Origin: Mobula hypostoma
Lineage: Eukaryota
Length of the DNA: 64,000 nucleotides
Reading direction: 5' to 3'
Assembly (NCBI RefSeq): GCF_963921235.1
Contig: NC_086107.1
Span: forward strand, 114,950,001-115,014,000
This document shows positions 48,697 through 56,125 of this stretch, piece by piece; positions within the stretch are counted from its first letter, which is position 1, and the number at the start of each line of letters is the position of its first letter. The notes beneath the pieces are model-generated. The model was not told where the DNA came from. It worked only from the letters and a program-made list of their open reading frames with translations, and ran no database searches. Made by a program: the position numbers and the translations under genes.

Positions 48697-48816
48697 CCAC
48701 ACACACACAGCGAGTGGGACAGCGCCGCACACTGCAGGATTGTCGACTTGGGCGGGGCGGCGATGACAGAGGGAAAACTTACCCAGACAAAAGCAGACCA
48801 TCACCGGGAGTAACAT
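817..48816 (-). CDS. ITGAM-like: Integrin alpha-M/X/D-like (CD11b/c/d-like, I-domain) gene; 27 coding exons in window, 3' end (TM and cytoplasmic tail) outside window
   Basis: Manually spliced 27 GT-AG exons in continuous phase (3096 nt). Motifs: FNVE mature N-terminus, FG...GAP repeats, [50 protein letters not shown] genu, N.GEDSY. No alphaE X-domain. Exact paralog (M/X/D/L) not resolvable by eye. Confidence 0.93.
988..1150 (-). mobile_element. tRNA-derived V-SINE/HE1-like SINE
   Basis: GGTTCAACTCC B-box and GGTTTCCTCC...GGTTTCCTCCCACAGTCCAAAGAC core on minus strand; similar to copies at 9030, 40805 and 61931. Confidence 0.75.
1699..1732. repeat. (GA)n microsatellite
   Basis: direct. Confidence 0.95.
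1779..1841 (-). CDS. ITGAM-like: integrin alpha exon 26 ([21 protein letters not shown])
   Basis: cccccag/gtacga, phase 0-0, conserved Cys; variable region. Confidence 0.8.
2131..2238 (-). CDS. ITGAM-like: integrin alpha exon 25 ([36 protein letters not shown])
   Basis: V.N...RSLP..I.F.IP calf-2 motif; atcag/gtgagg. Confidence 0.93.
2929..3001 (-). CDS. ITGAM-like: integrin alpha exon 24 ([25 protein letters not shown])
   Basis: ST..VNF and H.Y motifs; atcag/gtaagt. Confidence 0.92.
3255..3542. repeat. 45/46-bp GC-rich minisatellite, about 6.3 copies (degenerate copies back to about 3060)
   Basis: Unit ccgggtgtcggacaaacagcattctcccccgacccctgtctggga starts at 3255, 3301, 3347, 3392, 3438, 3483, 3529. 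Confidence 0.95.
3577..3660 (-). CDS. ITGAM-like: integrin alpha exon 23 ([28 protein letters not shown])
   Basis: S.NE and VKY.V; ctcag/gtgaat. Confidence 0.92.
4404..4483 (-). CDS. ITGAM-like: integrin alpha exon 22 ([26 protein letters not shown])
   Basis: V.F..TFDV motif; cgcag/gtaaca; phase 0 to 2. Confidence 0.92.
5190..5665 (+). mobile_element. Rex/Babar-type LINE 3' fragment
   Basis: [29 protein letters not shown] resembles the FYRCTIDSILTNCISVWYG..DRKAVQ region of the copy at 63165-63719. Confidence 0.7.
6891..7001 (-). mobile_element. 111-bp Penelope-like 3' terminal fragment inserted into CR1, 13-bp TSD
   Basis: AGGAATAAGGAAC at 6878-6890 and 7002-7014; sequence is the reverse complement of the 3' end of the Penelope element at about 61550-61655. 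Confidence 0.88.
6949..6984 (-). ncRNA. Minimal type I hammerhead ribozyme motif (Penelope-associated), intact core
   Basis: AGUC-CUGACGA-A-GGGUCUCUGCCU-GAAAC-GUC-GACU; stem I AGUC/GACU, short stem II, palindromic ACGU stem III; predicted cut between 6953 and 6952. Confidence 0.75.
9030..9215 (-). mobile_element. V-SINE-like SINE
   Basis: tgtgggaggaaaccagtgcgctcggaggaaaccc core on + (reverse orientation). Confidence 0.7.
9405..9515 (-). CDS. ITGAM-like: integrin alpha exon 21 ([15 protein letters not shown]...[14 protein letters not shown])
   Basis: C...C.V..PVF calf-1 pattern; tttcag/gtgagt. Confidence 0.92.
9602..9662. repeat. (GT)n(CTGT)n microsatellite
   Basis: direct. Confidence 0.95.
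9715..10620 (-). mobile_element. Two degraded CR1 3' fragments
   Basis: Reverse complement of CR1 3' end (cacaatactcccaattcggcctca; gaagaaa..ccctcagatccccttaaa). Confidence 0.7.
10718..10859 (-). CDS. ITGAM-like: integrin alpha exon 20, calf-1 (TQYLVVGS...[11 protein letters not shown]...[11 protein letters not shown])
   Basis: N.GEDSY and G.SFRK; cgcag/gtatgg. Confidence 0.94.
11901..11974 (-). CDS. ITGAM-like: integrin alpha exon 19, genu ([24 protein letters not shown])
   Basis: PFEK.CG.D..C genu loop; tacag/gtaagg. Confidence 0.95.
12235..12360 (-). CDS. ITGAM-like: integrin alpha exon 18 ([16 protein letters not shown]...PVL...GK)
   Basis: C..D...PI.L and PVL; cacag/gtgagt. Confidence 0.92.
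12519..15656 (+). mobile_element. Class I (gamma/epsilon-like) endogenous retrovirus remnant: partial 5' LTR, pol fragments, env-like remnant, PPT, 3' LTR; interrupted by CR1 pieces
   Basis: Direct repeats starting TGTGG at 12519 and 15193; AVLTQEHGG...[17 protein letters not shown]...PRWKGPY...WIH integrase C-terminus (12951-13114, one frameshift); PPT AAAATGAAGGGG before 15193; TATAAA 15525 and ATTAAA 15586 in 3' LTR. Confidence 0.8.
13115..14462. mobile_element. CR1 composite: 3' end (minus, 13115-13440), ORF1 end/APE (plus, 13441-14170), 3' end (plus, 14172-14462)
   Basis: catagaaa tail, [29 protein letters not shown]. Confidence 0.85.
16223..16368 (-). CDS. ITGAM-like: integrin alpha exon 17 ([22 protein letters not shown]...[12 protein letters not shown])
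   Basis: LD..R...RA thigh motif; ctgtag/gtgagc. Confidence 0.9.
16440..17760. mobile_element. Cluster of degraded CR1 3' fragments (both strands)
   Basis: [40 protein letters not shown]. Confidence 0.7.
17866..18922. repeat. Compound (CA)n/(CAGA) satellite, about 1.06 kb, intron 16
   Basis: direct. Confidence 0.95.
18940..19430. mobile_element. Degraded Penelope-like 3' UTR pieces in inverted arrangement
   Basis: Decayed hammerhead-like segment 18969-19006 (minus) and agggtctcg segment near 19410 (plus). Confidence 0.5.
19665..20050. repeat. Degenerate ~70-bp minisatellite, about 6 copies
   Basis: Recurring tatatagaataacaga..cccgggagtgggttacagactggaatctaatccaggg. Confidence 0.75.
20082..20236 (-). 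CDS. ITGAM-like: integrin alpha exon 16, thigh ([18 protein letters not shown]...[13 protein letters not shown])
   Basis: SRPVV, F.P..I, two Cys; cctag acceptor; donor A|gtaaaa is weak but phase fits exon 17. Confidence 0.88.
20760..21360 (+). mobile_element. Degraded Rex/Babar LINE 3' fragments
   Basis: caacgcctct..ttct..agaggctgcagaaattcggc, taccatagaaagcatc, ccaacaggctcaaggacagcttc. Confidence 0.6.
21545..22155 (-). mobile_element. Penelope-like element 3' part (GIY-YIG C-terminus, 3' UTR, hammerhead with A6G)
   Basis: [16 protein letters not shown]...[18 protein letters not shown] matches 60895-61221; motif CAGUC-CUGGUGA-A-GGGCCUCGGCCC-GAAACGUC-GACUG at 21647-21684. Confidence 0.88.
22913..23043 (-). 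CDS. ITGAM-like: integrin alpha exon 15 ([36 protein letters not shown]...LFR)
   Basis: Last FG-GAP repeat; gacag/gtaggc. Confidence 0.94.
23500..23703 (-). CDS. ITGAM-like: integrin alpha exon 14 ([28 protein letters not shown]...GVYIYHG)
   Basis: Canonical Ca-binding FG-GAP; ccccag/gtcagt. Confidence 0.95.
24047..24184 (-). CDS. ITGAM-like: integrin alpha exon 13 ([28 protein letters not shown]...VYKFLQ)
   Basis: IG.YFG..LC.VD and LLLVGAP; gacag/gtatgt. Confidence 0.94.
24589..24731 (-). CDS. ITGAM-like: integrin alpha exon 12 (GYSLKEA...[16 protein letters not shown]...EWEQ)
   Basis: GAPRY.H.G.V motif; cccag/gtgaaa. Confidence 0.94.
25139..25265 (-). CDS. ITGAM-like: integrin alpha exon 11 ([20 protein letters not shown]...DMKNSYL)
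   Basis: [10 protein letters not shown] and SYLG; ttcag/gtgaga. Confidence 0.94.
26059..26132 (-). CDS. ITGAM-like: integrin alpha exon 10 ([25 protein letters not shown])
   Basis: SF.LEM.Q.G motif; cccgcag/gtgagt. Confidence 0.94.
26150..27120 (-). mobile_element. Degraded CR1 fragments in intron 9
   Basis: [39 protein letters not shown]...AVVDVV. Confidence 0.75.
27172..27316 (-). CDS. ITGAM-like: integrin alpha exon 9, I-domain end (VGSAF...ELETIAS...[10 protein letters not shown])
   Basis: Alpha7 helix EKIFAIEG with intrinsic-ligand Glu; gaag/gtagcc. Confidence 0.95.
27767..27914 (-). CDS. ITGAM-like: integrin alpha exon 8, I domain ([26 protein letters not shown]...IIRYAIG)
   Basis: [18 protein letters not shown] Asp, IIRYAIG; cacag/gtgaga. 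Confidence 0.95.
28200..28510 (+). mobile_element. CR1 3' end
   Basis: [29 protein letters not shown]; ttctatgtttcta tail. Confidence 0.85.
28712..28857 (-). CDS. ITGAM-like: integrin alpha exon 7, I domain ([16 protein letters not shown]...[12 protein letters not shown])
   Basis: QFS..EF.F and MIDAS Thr (T.T..GI); acag/gtaagt. Confidence 0.95.
29015..29145 (-). CDS. ITGAM-like: integrin alpha exon 6, I-domain start ([18 protein letters not shown]...NQDTQ)
   Basis: DxSxS MIDAS motif, ccag/gtaatt boundaries. Confidence 0.95.
29250..37497. repeat. 8.2-kb compound (GT)n satellite with higher-order units, fills intron 5
   Basis: GT backbone with TTTG, TCTG and TGAG interruptions; landmark tttgtagctgtgtgagtgcgtgcatctgtgtgagtgtattt recurs 14 times. 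Confidence 0.97.
37631..37745 (-). CDS. ITGAM-like: integrin alpha exon 5 ([38 protein letters not shown])
   Basis: ttcccag/gtaatt; CxP..C..N.Y.NGFCY pattern typical of CD11 chains. Confidence 0.93.
38490..39090 (+). mobile_element. CR1 3' fragments
   Basis: [33 protein letters not shown]. Confidence 0.8.
39560..40245 (+). mobile_element. Young 5'-truncated CR1
   Basis: [25 protein letters not shown]...[11 protein letters not shown]; ttctatgttctatg tail; nearly identical to 56447-57551. Confidence 0.92.
40425..41430 (-). mobile_element. Degraded Penelope-like element interrupted by a SINE, with an inverted 3' UTR piece at about 41250-41430
   Basis: gttcatgccatcaggttggaggct (LQPDGMN on minus); tcgcaggtgaagtgttgtctcacctggaaggac; decayed hammerhead 40513-40548. 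Confidence 0.7.
40805..41091 (+). mobile_element. V-SINE-like SINE
   Basis: tagtggttagcac A-box, gggttcaattccc B-box, tccaaagacgt..ggttggtaggttaattggtcattg, (aata)n tail. Confidence 0.8.
42039..42838. repeat. 52-bp minisatellite, about 15 copies, intron 4
   Basis: Unit ccgggagtgtgtgatgggacggtgtggagggagattcactctgtgtctgacc. Confidence 0.97.
42846..42904 (-). CDS. ITGAM-like: integrin alpha exon 4 ([20 protein letters not shown])
   Basis: aaatag acceptor, gtaagt donor, LGLSM motif of FG-GAP 2, phase 1 to 0. Confidence 0.85.
43484..43590 (-). CDS. ITGAM-like: integrin alpha exon 3 ([35 protein letters not shown])
   Basis: ag/gtaagg boundaries, VGAP and GAVYKC motifs, phase 2 to 1. Confidence 0.93.
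44812..44929 (-). CDS. ITGAM-like: integrin alpha exon 2 ([40 protein letters not shown])
   Basis: ctcttctccag acceptor, TG|gtaggt donor, FNV mature start, FGYS. Confidence 0.92.
44996..48709. repeat. 3.7-kb compound (CA)n satellite with higher-order units, fills intron 1
   Basis: Landmarks cataacacac..aaatacacagac and aaacaaacaaacgcacagac recur about every 0.45-0.6 kb. Confidence 0.97.
48783..48816 (-). CDS. ITGAM-like: integrin alpha exon 1 (signal peptide [11 protein letters not shown])
   Basis: ATG at 48816, hydrophobic stretch, G|GTAAGT donor, phase 1 matches exon 2. Confidence 0.8.
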
Positions 48817-49110
48817 GATTTCCAGGGACTAAGGTCCTCTCAAACTCTAGACGATTCCCGAGAGCCCGGAGATGGAGCAAATGGCTTGATATAAATCACT
48901 GGCTGCCGAGCAGACAAACAGGGCGAGAAATGTTTCACAGAGCTGGCGGAGATCGAGGCGTGTCTGAGAAGCCAATCCTCCACACGCAGGAAGCAGAACT
49001 TGGTCGCCAGCAAGGCAAAAATTAACACTGGCCTCGCCTCCGAAGAAGTAACGGCGGGCAGTGAGAGCACCGAACATGGGAGGGGTGGCCCAGTAAGAGG
49101 AAGAGAGAGC
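48817..49110 (-). promoter_or_regulatory. Putative 5'UTR and proximal promoter of the integrin gene
   Basis: Unique sequence just upstream of the ATG; TATA-like 48890-48896, CCAAT 48972-48976, ETS/PU.1-type cores CAGGAAG 48987-48993 and AAGAGGAAG 49095-49103. Motif matches only. Confidence 0.4.
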
Positions 49111-49582
49111 TAGAAGAGCAGTGAATAGAATTCAGCGAGGGAGGGGCATGGAGAGGGAGCGCTTTCGGAATCGTATTGAGGAGGGAACGCTGCGCGAGAG
49201 TGAGAGCGGAGGGGTGGGGGGTTGAGGAGGGAGCACGGCAGAGAGAGGGCAGGAGAGGTTGTAGTGAACGCGGGCTGGGGGGGCAGTGGTGTGGAGGGAG
49301 GAAATGCAGAGGAAGGTGGCGCGGCGTGGAGCAAGGAAGCGGGGAGATAGGGCACAGGGGAGGGAGGGCAGCGAGGATGGAGTCAGCAGGAGAGGGACCA
49401 CGGAGGATGGAGGAATGCCGAAGAAGGTGGGAACACGGAGGAGGGAAAGGCAACCAGAAGGGAGGGAGAAGGGGCGCTAAGGATGGAGTGAGTGCGGAGG
49501 AAGGAGTGGGGAGTTGGGGAGCGCAGGGGAGGCAAGGGCGGCGAAGAGTGAGGTAGCACGAATGAGGAAGGAGTGACAAGGA

Positions 49583-49627
49583 GAGAGATAGATAGATAGA
49601 TAGAGAGAGAGAGATAGATAGATAGAT

Positions 49628-49702
<75 letters not shown>
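49583..49702. repeat. (GATA)n(GA)n microsatellite
   Basis: direct. Confidence 0.95.
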
Positions 49703-49706
<4 letters not shown>

Positions 49707-51234
49707 CGCCGAGGAGGGAGGGAGAATAGAGGCGAGCAGGGGCGGCGAGGAGCGAGCGCTATACTTCCAAAAGACCGAACTGGTTTGAAGGAGGACACAA
49801 GGTGCAACGTTAATGCTGTTTTCTTGACCTGAGGAAGTCGCCAATCCTGGAAGGCGGTTTGAGCTACGAAAGATCCCGAGGCCAGTTAGAGCTGTTAAGT
49901 CTTTCAGCTCTTCATAACATGCCCTGTTGGCCTCCCTCCAAGGACTCGAAGGGATTTAGGGAGAGATAGTACAGGGCTTTGGTTTCAGTGGTTGTAGGTG
50001 TGTGTGGGCGGGGGTAACCAGTCACTCTCTCTCTTGAGGGTATTTGTACAATGACCTGTGTCTCAGTCAGAATCCCCCACTCTTTCCTCATCTCTCAGTA
50101 TCTGCCCCCACACTCACCACTCCTCTCTCGTCCTTCTCTCTCCCCTCTCCTCCTTCTCGACCCCTCTCTAGTTTTTCTCCGTCTCTCCCCTCATCCCCTG
50201 CTCCTCATCTCAGCCGCTCTCTATCTTCTTCCTTCCTTCTTCATGTCGTCCTCTCTGTTTCGCACACTTCCCTTATCCCCTGTGTCAGTCTCTCCATCTC
50301 CCTCTCTCCCCGTTCCCACTTCTCGTCCTCCGCCCACCCTCTCTCCTTCTCCATCTTTCTTTCGCACTCCACCTCTCTCTTAGTTCCTCTTTCTCAGCCT
50401 TTCACTATCGCTCCTGCTCTGCCCCCTTTCTCTCCCATTGCTCTGTGGTGCATTCGGATCACCGTTCTACAACAATTAACTATTCCCCCCCACCCCCCAC
50501 CCCCCACCCCGCCCCCGAATCCCCTCCATCTTGACCTGCCCGATCTACATGGCTAGGCTTCATCCTGTCGCTGTCTCCCAGCTATTCACGGTTTTGTTCT
50601 GGGGTAGAGTATTTCCGATCTGGAGGACTTGGTGAATGGGATTTCCCCCCTCCCTGCCCCTCCCTACATTCCAGCCCGTCCAACTGGACTCTGTTCTCCT
50701 TATCACGCCCCCCCCTCCCCGCCTCTCCCACTGTTCTCCTTTCCTCGCGGCCATTCCTCGCCTGTGATGCCGCCTCCCCTTCTTCACCCTTCCCGCAGAG
50801 CTGGCCCCCTCCTTGACCCCTCTCCTGCGGTGCGTATTTCCTCCTCTCCCACCTCCTGCCGTGCTTTCCCCTCCTTTCAACGTTCCCGCGGCGCTTCCTA
50901 TCTCCGATCCTTCCACTACCTCCCCCCCACCCCGCCTCCCCCCAGCACTGTGGCGTTCTCTCTGTTTGTGGCACCCAGTGCTGTGGGAGGTGCATGTAGA
51001 GACGGCCCGACGTGGGACAGAGTGCTCGATACTGACTAATGGAGATTGTGCGACGGGTCAATAATTAACGGAGAGAGTTTGCATTCCTCGCGCGGCAGTG
51101 GGGGGCGATTCATAAATCGCAAACACTGAGCTATTAATCAGAGATTCAAGGAATTGCCCCGCCTTCGGGAAGTTTCAGATCATGTGAAAAGGAAACATGT
51201 GATCCTAACCTTTCTTCCTGCAACCACGCGTCGG

Positions 51235-51565
51235 CCCAGATTAACCCCACTGACCCGTTCTCTCCCTACAGCCTTGTGTTAGCCCCCAAACTAACCCTAC
51301 TGCCTCACTCTCACTTCACAGCTCCGTTCAGTCCTCAATAATCTCACTGCCCCGTTCTCATCACACAGACCCATGCCAGTCCACAAAATAATCTCACAAC
51401 TCCGCTCACCCCACAGCCCGTATCAGCCCTCGAATTAATTTCACTGCCCCGCTCTTCCTTACCACGCCCCCCGTATCAATTCACAAACCAATCCCGCTGC
51501 CCCGCTCCCTCCCTACAGCCTTGTGTCAGTCCTTAAACTTTCACGGCCCCGCGCTCTCCCTGCAG
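51235..51565. repeat. Degenerate ~48-bp minisatellite, about 7 copies
   Basis: Recurring taatc.cactgcccc.ctctc.c.c.cagcc..gt.tcagtcc. Confidence 0.6.
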
Positions 51566-52289
51566 TCTTGTGTCTGTTCTTGGGTTCGTGATGTGTAACC
51601 GGCTGTGGAGAGACCCACAGAAAGAATCTTCTGTCTGCCGCCTCCAGTGATCTTGGAAAACGCTGACAGGGGACACGGCCTAGTGATGGGGAACTTGCTG
51701 CTGGAGTCAGTGGCGCGTTTCTGAAACCTGTGGGGGATGGAGATAGAGCGAGGATGGAGAGGGAGAGCTTGAAAAGAAGGGGTAGGTGAAGGTGGGGGGG
51801 GGTGAAGATGGAGGAGAGAAGGAGTGAGGAAAGAGAGGGAGAGTGGTGGAAAGTGGCTAGGGCGGTGGAGGGAGGTGAAGAGAGGAGAGGAGCGGGGCTG
51901 AGGTGGGCGACAGACAGAGAAAGGAGAGGAGGTGGAAAGTGGAGAGGCGGGGGGGGAGGGGGCAGTGCTGGAGAACTCTTGGTTCTGAGCGTGGGTGCTA
52001 CCCCAGGGGATCCAGGGTCCCTGCTGCGAGAGTTTTGCTGGTGAAATGCGTGTCTATGGAGAGCGGGAGGAAAGACAATATCACACACCAGACACAAATT
52101 CAGAAACAGCGTCGGCTTTGTCGCTGACGTACGCCTCGAGGTCTGTTGTAACAGCAGCACTGTGCAAGGCTTTGAAATTACCGCACGTTGCTCAGAATAA
52201 ACAGAACAGAACACAGAAGACAGAATATCGAACACAGATCAGTGCAGTCATTCGGCCCACGATCTCATGTCGACCTTTTAACCAACAGG

Positions 52290-54140
52290 CGAGCCGTTTT
52301 CTCTGGAGCGGCGGAGGCTGAGAGGCGACCTGATGGAGGTTTATGAGATTGTGACAGGCACACAGTGGGCAGCCGGTATCTATCTTCCTTTCCCAGGGTG
52401 TAAAGGTCTAAGATCAGACGGCATGCATTTAGGGTGATAGCCGGTATATTAACAGGAGATGTATGAGGCAATTTTTTTAACACACGGTAATGAGTGCCAA
52501 TTACCAGGGGTAGATACGACAGAGGTGTTTAAGAGGCTGTTAAACAGACACATAAATGTGCAGGGAATGGAGGGAGATGGACGTTGTTTAGGCAGAAGGG
52601 ATTAATTTAGTTATGTGTGGATTATTAGTTTAATTAATTCGGCACAGCACCCTGGGCCGAAGGACCTGTTTTTGCATTGTTATTTCCCGACCCTTCGACT
52701 TTCTTGGTCACTTCATCTAAAATCCTTAAGCAAGTCGGTGAACGTTCCTTGTGTTATCATATCAGAGGATGTGTCCTGGGACCAGCGTGTAAGTGTTATC
52801 AGAAACAAGACGCGAGGGCCTCTACTTTCTCAGACGTTTGCGTAGATTGGGCATACCACGAAAAACTTTGACTAACGTCTATGGATGCAGAGTGTATCCG
52901 GACCGGTTATGTCATGTCCTGGTGTGGAGATACCCATCTTCAAGGATCTCCAGTATCCAGGCCACGCCTTTTCCTTGCTGCTATCACCGGGCAGGGGGCA
53001 GAAGAACTTTAGGTTCCACACCAGCAGCTTCAAGAACAGTTACTACCCTAAAGCCGGCTTCTGACCTGGTGTGGATAACTTCTCTCACCATAGCTCTGAA
53101 CTGATGGTACGACCTACGTTCAGACCACACTTGGAATAATCTGGCAGCACACACAAAATGAACAAACGACGGAGGGTCTCGGCCCGGAAAGTCGACTGTG
53201 CTTCTTCCTATGGACGCTGCCTGGCCTGCTGCGTTCCACCAGCATTTTGTGGGTGTTGCTTGAATTTCAAGCATCTGCGGATTTCCTCGTGTTTGCGTTG
53301 GAATATTGTCAGCAATTTTGCCAACAAATCCTACCTTAAAAAAAAAGAATTTGTTGACGTAGATGGGGGTCCAGAGGAGTTTCACCAGAATGATCACGCG
53401 AATAAAAGGGTTGACGCACCGGGAGCCCTTGATGGCTCGCTGGATTTTAGAAAAATAGGTGGAGGGGACGAGGGGTTTTATATTAAAACGTAAAATAATT
53501 GAAAGGCTCAGAGAGAGTGGATATGGAGAGGATGTTTCTTATAGAGGGGAAGTCTCGGACCAGACAGCACAGCTTCAGAGTAGCGTTGTGTTCTTTCAGA
53601 ACAGAGCTGAGGACAAATTGCTTCAGCCACAGGGTAGTGAATCATTGCCAGAAATAGCTGCGGGTGCGAGGTTATTAAGTATTTTCGGGCCTGTGTGTAA
53701 TGAACTGAGGCTGAGGCCATGGACCTACTCCAACTCCTCCAGACTTTGCGTCAATGGACGCGCTGCTGTTGCTCATTTTTGCTTGCAGGATTTGTGTGTT
53801 TTTTTCCACTCTGCCCATTGGGTTATTTTTCTCACTCTGTGCATTTTTGTTTTAATTGGGTTCGTTCAGGTTCGTGTTTTGTGGCTGCCAGTAAGCAGAC
53901 GGATCTCAAGGTTGTCTAATTTATACATACTTTCATAATAAATGTAACGAACTTTGAACTTTGTACTTTACTTAAAGAGGAGGTTGACAGGTTGTTGATT
54001 AGTCAGGGTGTCGAAGGTCATGCGGAGAAAGCGGGAGAATGGGGTTGAGGGGAATGATAAATCAGCCATGATAGAATGTCAGAGCAGACTTGATGGGCCG
54101 AATGGCCTAATTCTGCTCCTATGTTTATCATCTTATGTTC
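52290..54140 (+). mobile_element. Mosaic of degraded CR1, Rex/Babar and Penelope 3' fragments
   Basis: [10 protein letters not shown] at 52300; LYFLRRLRRLG near 52820; Penelope terminus 53165-53300; CR1 3' UTR near 54000-54130. Confidence 0.65.
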
Positions 54141-55191
54141 TGAGTATCATTTTTATTTGCAGTCTTTTGCACAACGAACTTTTGTCAGTCTTTCAGTTTA
54201 TGTATTATTTTACGTCCAATTCTGATCTATTCTTTTTCTCCTCGTAAATGCCTGCATAAGAAGAATCGAGATCGTATATGGCAACTTATCTGTACTGATA
54301 ATAAATTTACTTTGAACCTTGAGACACAGGTTCGATCCTGACCTCTTCCGCCGTTCGCACATCTTCGTGCGTCCCCCTGCTGCACTAGAGCTCAGTTGTG
54401 TTCAGCGTCACGTGTCCCACCGCCCTTCCGCGTGTGAGAACCGGCTCCTGGGTTCGCCATCCGCACATTTTCTCAGGCAATCTCTGTTCTCCTTCAGCCC
54501 AGTGTTTCGGTTCCTTCCCCCTTCTCTGAAGCCCTTTGAATCACTTCTACCAACACAGACCAATCATTCAAATTCACAGTTCCCCAGATATCGCAGCTCC
54601 CTCCCCCCAACCTACTGAGTCACCAAATACTTGAGCAAACTTCAGCAGAGGATTTATCCAGGGCCCAACGCGTTGATGCAATCACAAAGGCACTAGCGCC
54701 TGAACTATATTTAAGCTTGTGACATCATTAAAGATACTAGCATTTTTTTTTTACAATTTTATGGTGGAAAGCCTTTTACATTTGACCCTGGTATGGAGGA
54801 TTCAGTGTAGATAACCCCAATAGTCTGCGAGGGCTCAGCCAGCTCCATTACAATGGGGAACATCCAGAAGACGACCGACCAGAGGCGGATGCTGGGAGAT
54901 CAGGTCACCTAAGGAGGCAAGTTCACCACTGCCCTCTTCAAGGAGGTTATCAGGGAGGGTGGGAGTTGAGTCGAAAGAGGGTCGTTGGTTGGCTAGCGTG
55001 ACGGAGGACACACAGTTCTCAGGGGCAGCTTGCAAAACGCTGGAGGATTTCTTTGTCGGGCAGCACCTGGAGAGGGGGATGGAAATCGGACAGTCGTGAA
55101 TCTTGCTCTGCTGAAGGTGAAGGGTCTCGACCCAAAAGATCGAGGGTCTATTCTCCCTCCCACGGATGCTCTGTGCAGTGTTCCAGATTCC

Positions 55192-55885
55192 AGGCATGCA
55201 GGTACAGCAGGCGGTGAAAAAGGCGAATGATATGCTGGCATTCATAGCAAGAGGATTCGAGTACAGGAGCTGGGAGGTACTACTGCAGTTGTACAAGGCC
55301 TTGGTGAGACCACACCTAGAGAAATGTGTGCAGTTTTGGTTCCCTAATCTGAGGAAAGCCATTCTTGCCATAGAGGGAGTACAAAGAAGGTTCACCAGAT
55401 TGATTCCTTGGATGGCAGGACTTTCATATGACGAAGGATTGGATCGACTAGGCTTATACTCTCTGGAATATAGAAGATTGAGGGGGGATCTGATTGAAAC
55501 GTACAAAGTTCTAAAGGGATTGGACAGGTAGATGCAGGAAGATTGTTCCCGATGTTGGGGAAGTCCAGAACGAGGGGTCACAGTTTGAGGATAAAGGGGA
55601 AGCCTTTTAGGACCGAGATGAGGAAAAACTTCTTCACACAGAGAGTGGTGAATCTGTGGAATTCTCTGCCACAGGAAACAGTTGAGGCCAGTTCATTGGC
55701 TATATTTAAGAGGGAGTTAGATATGGCCCTTGTGGCTAAAGGGATCGGGGGTATGGAGAGAAGGCAGGTACAGGGTTCTGAGTTGGATGATCAGCCATGA
55801 TTGTACTGAATGGCGGTGCAGGTTCGTAGGGCCGAATGGCCTACTCCTGCACTTATTTTCTATGTTGCTATGTTTTTATGCTTCT
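55192..55885 (+). mobile_element. 5'-truncated CR1
   Basis: MQVQQAVKKANDMLAFIARGFEY...RVVNLWNSLPQETVEA; nearly identical to the inverted copy at 59473-60308. Confidence 0.92.
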
Positions 55886-56125
55886 ATCTGCTGCTTGTTT
55901 CGACAGATATCAGTGGAGAATCCCGAATCCTTTCACAGTTTGGTATTATGATTGGATAAGGCGTCGAAGAAGATGTTTGGCACATTTGCCTTTGTTGGTC
56001 AGGAGCATTGTTAGAATTGCATAAGGCGTTGGTGAGACTGTTTGCGTGCAGGCCTGGTCGACCCGTCACAGGAAGTGTGAATTAAGCTGGAGAGGGGCAG
56101 GGACGATTCACCAGTACGTTGCCGG

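Noticed and set aside
44808..48816. ORFs over 1000 aa on both strands
   Set aside because: Same artefact; only exons 1 and 2 at the ends are coding
54320..54345. GGTTCGATCC tRNA B-box
   Set aside because: No cloverleaf; most likely a SINE head remnant
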